Positions 39,383 to 47,568 of a DNA stretch of 64,000 bases are shown here, piece after piece. Location of the stretch: positions 1-64,000 of the IMG/VR virus record IMGVR_UViG_3300036668_000172, one strand, 5' to 3'. A program made the translations under genes and the position numbers. Numbering within the stretch: position 1 is the first letter of the stretch; the number at the start of each line of letters is the position of its first letter. The stretch is from a virus. The notes beneath the pieces are model-generated. The model was not told where the DNA came from. It did not search any database and saw nothing but the letters and a program-made list of their open reading frames with translations.

Positions 39383-40157
39383 CTATTCGGCTGGAGCGGA
39401 CTTGACAGGGTTAGTTTTAAGGTGCTTGGTGTACTCACCAGCGGCTGTTTCGTTCAGTGGACTGCTGCTGCCACCAGAGGTCATACCCATTGGGCTAATC
39501 ACTTTGCTAAGCATCGGACGACCTTTGCCAGTCGCAATGTAGTCACCGTGCTTCTGAGCTGCTCCTTCGGAGCTGTGCATGGTGTCGGTTACAGCAGGGT
39601 CTGACATTTGAAGTCTGTAAGAACCATCGTGAAGACTAGTGTGGTCTCCCTGCTTACGGCTTGGGTGTTCTGCTCTGTTAGGTACGTCCATTTTTCTTTC
39701 CTAGCAATCTTTGAACTGAGTGGAGTTAAGAGCTCCGTGCTTTTCAGCCTTGCGGTCCTTGCGGAGTAGCATGCCGCCGCCGACTGCTCCTACGACTGCC
39801 CCTACTCCAGCAGCCATTAAGGCGTTTGCTGGGGATGCTCCATCGTGAGCTCCCATAGATGCGCCTGCCATGGCTCCCATAACTGCTGAGCCTGTTGGAA
39901 GAGCATCTACCATCTTATATTTTTTCATAATTAGATTCTCCCACGCAATTGTATTTTTCTCTCAGTAACCATTATTTCTTATTCGACGTACGAGGAACTT
40001 TTTTCTCCAAGGCGGCATTACCGTTCACGCTGGAGGCTTCCTTGGTTACTTCGCCTGATGTCTGAGCAAGATTGGCTCTTAGGTAGTCTCCGCCTTTGAT
40101 GCCACGAGGGCCACCAAACATGCCCTTGGCAATGTTGGGACTGAGATTACGATTCAT
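39383..40157 (-). CDS. Three small hypothetical proteins (39383-39691; 39701-39928, glycine-zipper-like; 39972-40157, leaderless)
   Basis: ORF track; -10 TGT-CATACT 6 nt before 40157. Confidence 0.55.
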
Positions 40158-40208
40158 GCTCCCAGTATGACATAGCTACAGGGGCGATTTAAGGCTAAAA
40201 ATGATAAG

Positions 40209-40291
40209 GGTGACCCCCTGGTAGAACTGTCCGTAGATGAAAAGGGGGTAACAACTACGGCTCGGCCAGGGGGCCACCTGAGTAGATAGTA
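40209..40291 (-). ncRNA. Stand-alone small RNA with its own promoter and an anti-SD-like loop
   Basis: Extended -10 TGC-TACTAT (hexamer 40286-40291); 13-bp stem GGTGGCCCCCTGG/CCAGGGGGTCACC; inner stem CCGTAG/CTACGG; loop UUACCCCCUUUU. Confidence 0.6.
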
Positions 40292-40317
40292 GCACATGCC
40301 ATGGCTACAGGGGCGTT

Positions 40318-40485
40318 TTAAGACAACCCGTGCATGTGGTTCCAGATAGCAATCATGTAGACCTCTGCGTCCTCTGGGTCATCATACTTCTTAGCCAGTT
40401 CTTCAATGGCGGCGATTAAAGCTGCCTCTGGCAGGTGGGTGACATAGTGCCAAAGCTGCACCAAGTCATCGTCTATAAACTTCAT
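40318..40485 (-). CDS. Hypothetical protein (55 aa, leaderless)
   Basis: MKFIDDDLVQLWHYVTHLPEAALIAAIEELAKKY...; perfect TATAAT 6 nt before the ATG. Confidence 0.6.
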   Translation of the reverse strand: MKFIDDDLVQLWHYVTHLPEAALIAAIEELAKKYDDPEDAEVYMIAIWNHMHGLS

Positions 40486-40759
40486 AACAGTATTATAAGG
40501 CTACTGGGGCGTTTTATACATAGAATCGGTAGGCCGCAGCCGAGTCGGCTCCATTCGGGCCTTTTCGAGTGTCTTTGGGGGGTCAAACCTGCACATTCCG
40601 CAATTTAATGCCCAGTAATCAACCGATACCGAAGGATACGGGGGCATTTTAGGGACAAAATGGGCTACTGCCTCACTTTCAAGGTCATCAAGCGGGTGTG
40701 AGACCTGGCATGACCTGCTGGAATTCTGCGGTTACCCTGCTGGCGTGCAATAATCCACT

Positions 40760-40919
40760 TATCGCCACCACGCCGAACAGGTGCGGCGCGCACTCACTCG
40801 CTTACTTACGGGCGGTTATCGCTACTAGGTGTATGAATTATGTTCTTGCGCTTACTAGTGGTAATCGCCACTTAGCCCGCTGTCACTATGGGCTATCACG
40901 CTAAGTAAAGGAATAACTA
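40760..40919 (+). promoter_or_regulatory. Structured 5' leader of the first plus-strand gene
   Basis: 14-bp G-U-rich stem GGCGGTTATCGCTA/TAGTGGTAATCGCC; TTACTTA/TAAGTAA abuts the RBS. Confidence 0.5.
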
Positions 40920-41363
40920 ATGAACGCTGTATCTATCCCGACACGCTCAACCGATACACCATCAACCATCATTGACGCTACCGACAACGCTCTACGGGGC
41001 GCTATTGGTAACGTGTTCGTCGATGCTGTATTTCAGGCTCACGCTCAGGACGAGTTGGCTTTTAGGGTCGCTGTAAAGGCGGCAACTAAGGCGCAAATAA
41101 AGGCTGATGCCGATGCTATCAAGTATGCCAATGCAGAACTACTCAAGGCAGACTTGCAAGACAATGGCTCAACTGTTCTGGGTATCGCCGTATCATACGA
41201 GGAACTACTCCACCTAGCCACCGTTGGTGTCAAGGCATGGTATGACCTACCCGAGGGTAACATCATCGCCCGTCTAGTAAGCGACGTCACCGTAGCCCTA
41301 GCTGGGGCGCAGTCTCGTGAGGCAAATGCGCTCAAGAGCGCTATCGCCGAGCTACAAGGCTAA
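40920..41363 (+). CDS. Hypothetical Ala-rich protein, first gene of the plus-strand block
   Basis: RBS AAAGGA, AACTAATG start context. Confidence 0.7.
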   Translation: MNAVSIPTRSTDTPSTIIDATDNALRGAIGNVFVDAVFQAHAQDELAFRVAVKAATKAQIKADADAIKYANAELLKADLQDNGSTVLGIAVSYEELLHLATVGVKAWYDLPEGNIIARLVSDVTVALAGAQSREANALKSAIAELQG

Positions 41364-41364
41364 T

Positions 41365-41548
41365 CAGGCTACTGTATCCCCGTAAGCAAGCCCGTCTCCG
41401 AGTATGACCAGACTATACAGGCACTTCACGCCTTGTTATCAGGTACTACAAGGGGACGGGCTTACTTATTACAGGCTTGTATACCTATACGGTTAGCTAG
41501 GTTCTTGGTTCCTAGCTAGCCTTATAGATAGACAATCCGTTTATCTAG
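41365..41548 (+). ncRNA. Intergenic structured RNA (about 115-nt irregular hairpin plus two hairpins)
   Basis: TAAGCAAGCCCGTCTCC/GGGGACGGGCTTACTTA; GGTTAGCTAGG/CCTAGCTAGCC; TAGATAGAC/GTTTATCTA; G-U pairs favour the plus strand. Confidence 0.55.
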
Positions 41549-41573
41549 CCCAACATACATACAGGAGGACCTA

Positions 41574-41756
41574 ATGGGTCGCAAGAACAGTAAGGCACGA
41601 GAGAAGCCACAACCAGAGAGCACAGTAGCTATGGTTGCTAGGCTCAACAAGCAGAACACCGTCTACAAGGCACACAAGAGAGAAGAAGCGTTCTCTATGT
41701 CTCTCTCTATAGGTTCTCGTATACCTGAATCTATCTCTAAGTCCCTTCGTAAGTAA
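41574..41756 (+). CDS. Small basic protein
   Basis: RBS AGGAGG. Confidence 0.6.
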   Translation: MGRKNSKAREKPQPESTVAMVARLNKQNTVYKAHKREEAFSMSLSIGSRIPESISKSLRK

Positions 41757-41758
41757 CT

Positions 41759-41799
41759 TAGGGGGGCAAAGCCCCCCTATAACCCCCCGACTACGGGGG
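41759..41799. other. Two tandem G/C-run hairpins
   Basis: TAGGGGGGC-AAA-GCCCCCCTA and CCCCCG-ACTA-CGGGGG. Confidence 0.6.
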
Positions 41800-41833
41800 C
41801 GTTCTAAGGTAAGCCCTAATGAAAGGAAAGCTA

Positions 41834-42126
41834 ATGCCTACTAAGCAAGATGTGACCTGTTACAACTGTGAGAAAGACTTCACAGCGTGGAAGAAAGACA
41901 TACAAGACTCGGGAGACTACCCCAAGTGCCCAAGTTGTAGAGAAGAGTTCAATGTTTGGCTAAGAATGTTATGGGGTGAGCAGAACTAATGCTCATCAAA
42001 TACTATCCAAGGTTCATGCACCCAACGTTTGGAAGCGTAGGCGACCACCTATGCAAGAGCTGTGCAGGTGAAAGAACTATAAGCGAACCAAGCCCAATGA
42101 CCAAGTGTGACAACGGTCACAACTAA
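41834..42126 (+). CDS. Two small Zn-ribbon-like proteins (41834-41989, 41989-42126)
   Basis: CYNC..CPSC and CKSC..CDNGH; RBS GAAAGGA; TAATG coupling. Confidence 0.6.
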
Positions 42127-42142
42127 CGAAGGAGAGTAACTA

Positions 42143-42385
42143 ATGGCAACACTTACACCGCTAAGAGAACTAGCACCAAAGATTGAGAGAGAAGGTAGGG
42201 GCAAGAGCTGGTATGTATACGCTCAACCCTATGTAGAAGCTATGTATTCACTGGATACAGTAGCCGATGATTACTATCAGGACACTGGTTCAAGCATCGT
42301 TTCGTATGCACTATCCAACCTTACCTACTGGCGAGGAGAGACAGCTAAAGAAGTAAAGGCACAACTCAAAGCACACCTAAAGTAA
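42143..42385 (+). CDS. Conserved phage hypothetical protein
   Basis: AQPYVEAM..L..DDYYQD..SIVSYALSN..WRGETAK. Confidence 0.7.
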   Translation: MATLTPLRELAPKIEREGRGKSWYVYAQPYVEAMYSLDTVADDYYQDTGSSIVSYALSNLTYWRGETAKEVKAQLKAHLK

Positions 42386-42397
42386 GAGAGACACAAC

Positions 42398-42568
42398 ATG
42401 CAACAGTATGAGTTCACAGTTACACAGTCTGAATACGGACTGGTAACCATAACTGCACCAACTATAGAAGGTGCTCGTAGACAATTACGAGAGCTATACG
42501 AGACAGGTGCTGTTGATTGGCACGATGCAGAAGTTACATTCGAACAATACGAAAGAGAGACACGATGA
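42398..42568 (+). CDS. DpnD/PcfM-like small protein
   Basis: MQQYEFTVTQSEYGLVTITAPTIEGARRQLRELYETGAVDW. Confidence 0.55.
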   Translation: MQQYEFTVTQSEYGLVTITAPTIEGARRQLRELYETGAVDWHDAEVTFEQYERETR

Positions 42569-43327
42569 AGCGACTAAGAGAATACATAGAACTACGCAAG
42601 CAGCTAATGGCTAGCCCTTATGTGAGTGATGCAGTTAGTAGAGACAGGAACAACTTGCTCAAGTTCTTTACGGATAGCCGAAAGCTTGAGACAGCAAAGG
42701 TTGTCAAGACATTAGATGGCATCAGATACTCCAAGCCTTGGCCCAAGGGCACAAGCAATGATGATGCATTCAACCTAGCAATCATGGAAGCAATCACAAT
42801 CGTAAGACAGGAGATGAGATAACAATGGCAAGCACATACTCAAACTCAAGACGTATGGAAGTAACAGAAGCAGGAGTGATGCAGGTAAAGGTGTGGAGGT
42901 GCAGCTATTGCTACACCGAGTTCATTCAGAACCCACAGCCTGAACACCACTGTGATGACTACCCGATAGATGAACCAGAGTATACCAACCTAGTTGTAAA
43001 GCAAGCAGAGTCATACTACCTAAGGAGAAGATGATGACAGTTCCAAAGAGTGTGTTCATACACACACGCCGTTGGCATGATAAGACATGTGGCACTAACT
43101 ACTTCGCAAGCCGAGTTGAGGTAGGCACAGGTAACTATTACTATGTGCCATTTCAGTATGGCTATGAGGAGGCAGACATAGATGCAGTTGTAAAAGTATT
43201 ACAAAGTGCAGGCTATGAAGTAGAGCGTAAGCAGTTCAATACAACAGGTGCACCCTTTGACCACTACCGAGTTGCCTACTGGTCAACCAAAAAAGAAACC
43301 AAGAGATTAGGAGACGAGAACGCATGA
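42565..43327 (+). CDS. Three hypothetical proteins (42565-42822, 42825-43034, 43031-43327)
   Basis: Coupled ORFs; true start of the first at MKRLREY (ATGA overlap). Confidence 0.6.
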
Positions 43328-43500
43328 GATACAACGTCACGTTTATAACAGACAAAGTAGTGCTTACTACCTCAGTAGAAGCTACCGATGAAGACCAAGC
43401 ACACGACCAAGCACTAGCCACAGTGTCCTACGAACTAGGGCTGAACCTTATACCCATCAGATACCAAGTGGAATACGAAGAGACGGAGGAATACGCATGA
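43324..43500 (+). CDS. DpnD/PcfM-like small protein
   Basis: MRYNVTFITDKVVLTTSVEATDEDQAHDQA. Confidence 0.55.
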   Translation: MRYNVTFITDKVVLTTSVEATDEDQAHDQALATVSYELGLNLIPIRYQVEYEETEEYA

Positions 43501-44019
43501 GCTACGAACCAGGAGTAATTACACGAATAAGCAACACCTACACACTGCTACAAAGCTACGGTGTGAACGTTTGGTATGGGGAAGCAGGAGATGACACTGA
43601 CCTAGCCAAGATGACACTAGACAACACGCCCATGGAAGAACTACTTGCTTACTGCAAGGAGTATGGCTACCTAGAAGAGGAGGAAGTATGAGCGAGACAG
43701 CTTACTTTATGAACAAGACACAGGCAGAGATGCTAGCCAACTTGATACAAGAGACGATGTCGAACAGCTACGAGGACTACCAGAACTATGCAGAGTTACA
43801 GCCTGTATACCACGTACTTACAAGAGGGTGGACATTCAAGACACCAGACCACGAAGAGAGAATGAGGGAGGGCAAATGATTAAGTATGACAGCGAAGTCT
43901 GCTACCAGTGTGAAGCCAATGAAGTATCTGTGCCTGTAGGTACAGTGCACCCATTGTGTGGAGAGTGTGAGAACGAGTTCGATAGCTGGTTCTCTCAGCA
44001 ACTTATACAACTGGGCTGA
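43497..44019 (+). CDS. Three small proteins (43497-43691, 43688-43879, about 43876-44019 Zn-binding)
   Basis: ATGA-coupled ORFs; the last has CYQC..HPLCGEC. Confidence 0.6.
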
Positions 44020-44043
44020 CAGCAAGCCCCAACACAAACAAAC

Positions 44044-44102
44044 GCCCGAATAGCATACGTATAGGTGCAAGTCCTATACGGGCACGAGTAGTAACCGCTA
44101 CT
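44044..44102 (+). ncRNA. Mini tRNA-like element, copy 1, plus hairpin, upstream of an RBS
   Basis: GCCCG-AATAGCATACG-TATAGG-TGCAAGT-CCTATA-CGGGC-ACG-AGTAG-TAACCG-CTACT. Confidence 0.7.
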
Positions 44103-44123
44103 TATACATGAAAGGAATAACGC

Positions 44124-44294
44124 ATGAAAGATTACACCGTTAGTATCTACGAAAAAGTTGCTCACATTGTAGATGTACAAGCTGACTCAGAAGATGAAGC
44201 ATACGACAAAGCCTATGAAGTTATCTCTCTAGGTAAGCCCTATGACATCGAAGCTGTGGAGTTCACTGGTGAGTGGAAAGCGGAAGAGGCATAA
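44124..44294 (+). CDS. DpnD/PcfM-like small protein
   Basis: MKDYTVSIYEKVAHIVDVQADSEDEAYDKAYE; RBS GAAAGGA. Confidence 0.65.
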   Translation: MKDYTVSIYEKVAHIVDVQADSEDEAYDKAYEVISLGKPYDIEAVEFTGEWKAEEA

Positions 44295-44297
44295 CGC

Positions 44298-46303
44298 ATG
44301 AACGAATGGACAGTATGGGTAGGTGGTGGAGAAGTCAATGACCACCTACTTACCTTTGAAGAAGCCTCAGAAGTACTAGAAGAGTACAAGCAAAGAGGTT
44401 ACGAAGATGCAACTATAGAGAGGATAAAAGAATGAAAAAGTATGTAACAGACGTAACAATCAGCGTGACAGTAGACGCTAAGGATACAGAGAATGCGTGG
44501 AGGCAAATAAACCAGCTTGCAATCGCTCTAAGAGACCTCGCTGAAGCAATGGATTACAACTCAGAGCTTCAGGACATAGAGGAGCCAGAAGAGATAGAGG
44601 AGGAAAACTAATGCCAGAAGAGAAATGGGTTACCGTAGCTTATCACGATGAGCCAGAAGACGAGCTAATGGTATTCGTATCCATTGACAAAAAATGGATA
44701 GAAGGAGAAGACGATGACAACATCTTTTTCTACTTTGATACGCAAGAAGAATACGAGAACGCAAAACAAATAGACAACGGACTAGAGTTCCGCATACTAA
44801 AGGAGGAGAACTAATGAGCAAGGTTATTAGAGCAAGCATTGTTTTTGAATACTTGGTGGATGGGGATGAAGTCCTAAGTGAACTTACACCCGAAGAACAA
44901 ATTGAGTATGTCAAAGAAAATGTCGTAGAAGACATAATGTCTATGGGTTTTGGGAATTCTGATTCCTTACTAGCCGCAATTGAAATCAAAGTGTTAGAGG
45001 AGGACTAAGATGCCAAATTATTTAGCGCATTATTCAGTAGGTGAATACGGAAAAGTATGGTTCAAAGCGGATTCGTTTGAACACGCGGAGAAGTTACTTG
45101 CAGAGGTGTTGGAAGGTGAAATGCTATTCGATGACTTGCCTAACATGGCAACCAAGCCGAAAGGCGATGAGCTAGAGATTGAAGGCTTGGAGGAGTTGCC
45201 CTAATGGATTGCCCAAGGCACGAAGGAAGCTACGATTGCACACCATTTTGTAACCTATGCGAGGGCAACCAAGAATACGAAACTAAGGAGATAACTAAAT
45301 GACCAAATGGATAGAGAACGAGCACGCTGAAGCAGAAGCAAACTTAGAGTATCAACGACAAGCAATTGCTAGGGGTGGTGGAAGCGTTAGCGAACTAGAT
45401 TATGCAATTGGATACCTAGACGCAATAACTAACGCTTGGAACGAAGAGTCTGGAATGCCCCAACACAAACAAACCATAGAACACCCAACTAAGGAGGAAA
45501 ACTAATGAGCAAGCAAGTTCACTTTGTAATAGCAGTAGACGTAGACACTAAAGAAATTTACATAGACGACGATACCTATTCGGCAAGGTTTGATGAGGAA
45601 CAAGGCTACTTTGACACCGATACAGAAAGTTGGAAAGCAGACGACGACCAATCTTTCTATAATCAAGCACTAGAGATACTAAACACTAAGGGAAAGGTAT
45701 GCGGACAATGTTAGATAACAGCACTAAAGGCTTAGAGCCAGCCACACTAACAGGCTCAGAGTTGGAAGATGAAGACACAATCGTATGGCAGTCAACACTT
45801 ACTCAAGAGATGGTAGAGCACATGTCTGAAAAAGACTTGAGCAACCTAATCGAAGAGCTAGACAGTGCAGTAGAAGACATCTGCACACAGTATGACGAAG
45901 ACATGAGTGGGCTTTAAGAGCTGTGGAAATCAGCAGGCACTATGCACACGAGATTGTAGTAGCACAGTACTCAGACCTCAACGGTGTAGCCGTGAATTTC
46001 TCAATAGAGTGTCTAGACTGCGACGAAGTAATAGCCGACCAAGACGAACCAACTAACTAAGGAGGAAAGACCATGAGCAGCTTATGGAAGAGTAAAAAGA
46101 AAGACCTATCAGGTAAGTTCACTATCACCTACAGCATCACGTACAACATGAGCAAGAAGTCACTACGTAAGGACTTCCTTGAGTGGTGTGACGATTACAA
46201 GCCAACCGTTAAAGCATTGAACGATTGGTTGTCAGACAGATTCATTGACCCTATAGCAGTAGACCCTAAGGCAACACTAACGATAACTAAGGAGAGTAAC
46301 TAA
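44298..46303 (+). CDS. Run of small, mostly acidic proteins (44298-44435, 44432-44611, 44611-44814, 44814-45008, 45010-45204, 45204-45302, 45299-45505, 45505-45714, 45699-45917, 45923-46060, 46073-46303)
   Basis: Tightly coupled ORFs with AGGAG(G) RBSs; several translated by hand below the track cutoff. Confidence 0.6.
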
Positions 46304-46827
46304 TGGGATTAGACATGTACCTAGAAGCACGTAAGTATATAAACCGCATAGATTGGAAGACCGTACCACAGGGCAAGTTAGCTGACGGAGCTACCCTTGA
46401 CGACTACGTATCACAAGAGTTCAAAGAAGTACAAGAGATGTTTCCTACAAAGCTTACTAAGCACGCTGAAGGCGGAAGCACAGTAAGTGTCAACATAGGT
46501 TACTGGCGCAAGGCTAACCAAATACACAACTGGTTCGTAACGAATGTTCAAGATGGGAAAGACAACTGTGAGCCACATCAAGTAAGTGTCACTGAGCTAA
46601 GCCAGCTGGTGTCTAGTATAGACACCGTACTAGCTGGAGACATAGAGACTGCTAAACGAGAGCTGCCCGTATTAGCAGGGTCCTTCTTTGGTAACTACGA
46701 TGAAGAAGAAGGCTACAACCTGTACTACTACGAAGAGCTGACCACTACCAAGGAGATGTTGGAAGACATCATCGCCGCAAGAGTTGAGGGCGACGGTTAC
46801 GACATGTACTACCAGTCAAGCTGGTAA
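46303..46827 (+). CDS. Conserved phage hypothetical protein
   Basis: MGLDMYL...YWRKANQIHNWF...DNC...GSFFG...YYQSSW. Confidence 0.75.
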   Translation: MGLDMYLEARKYINRIDWKTVPQGKLADGATLDDYVSQEFKEVQEMFPTKLTKHAEGGSTVSVNIGYWRKANQIHNWFVTNVQDGKDNCEPHQVSVTELSQLVSSIDTVLAGDIETAKRELPVLAGSFFGNYDEEEGYNLYYYEELTTTKEMLEDIIAARVEGDGYDMYYQSSW

Positions 46828-46854
46828 TAACCAAACACAACGAAAGGAATACTA

Positions 46855-47483
46855 ATGAACGCTATAACAATCCCTTACAAGATAGAAGACAAAGAGTTCT
46901 GGTCAAGCATCCTAGGTAGTACAGAGTTCACCGAAGAGTGGTGGCTCAAGATTCACTATGAGGACGACACTAGTTGGGAGTATCCAGGAGCTATACAAGT
47001 GACTGCACTAGATGGAGACAACAAGCCAGTTACTAAGAGACTTACATTAGATGACCTGCTGGTTGCATACATCTTTGCAGTGACACGTGAGTATGGTCAC
47101 TGTGGTGCACTAGTAGACATACAAGACATGGACTCATGCGCCAGTGACATAGTGCTGCAGATAGCAATGTTCGGAGATGTTATCTATGGATAGTAAGCGT
47201 GTGAAGTTCTTACTACGTGGAGCAAAGCAAACACTGCCCCAACACAAACAAACCATAGAACACCTATGGATACGTAAGAAAACAATTTTGCGTATCATGA
47301 CCGAGGCCTATAACATGGGCAGAGAGGATGAACATGGAATTCAAACAGACCCTAATGTGTGAAGAGTGCTTTGCACACTACACCGATACAGACCCCAAGC
47401 ACGTATGCGGAGAGAATGGTGAATACGTAGTGTTCCCATTTGAATTGTACGGCCCCGAAGCGCTTTGGGATAGCGAGTACTAG
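46855..47483 (+). CDS. Three hypothetical proteins (46855-47193, about 47186-47362, 47328-47483)
   Basis: First ends D.IVLQIAMFGDVIYG; third has CEEC..HVC. Confidence 0.55.
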
Positions 47484-47490
47484 CACCATA

Positions 47491-47549
47491 GCCAGACCAG
47501 CAGACACCTAGGTGCAAGTCCTAGGCTGGCACGACTAGCAACCGCTAGT
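47491..47549 (+). ncRNA. Mini tRNA-like element, copy 2, plus hairpin, upstream of an RBS
   Basis: GCCAG-ACCAGCAGACA-CCTAGG-TGCAAGT-CCTAGG-CTGGC-ACG-ACTAG-CAACCG-CTAGT. Confidence 0.7.
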
Positions 47550-47568
47550 TATTTATGAAAGGAAATTC

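Larger units (their letters stand above)
38925..41809. repeat. Seven copies of a 19-bp motif, consensus CTACNGGGGCGTTTTWAGG
   Basis: Minus strand: 38925-38943, 39359-39377. Plus strand: 40176-40194, 40305-40323, 40501-40519, 40636-40654, 41791-41809. Confidence 0.75.

Noticed and set aside
40520-40700. Possible multibranch RNA (ATCGGT/ACCGAT, AGGCC/GGCCT, AGCCG/CGGCT)
   Set aside because: Stems are short and give no strand-discriminating evidence.
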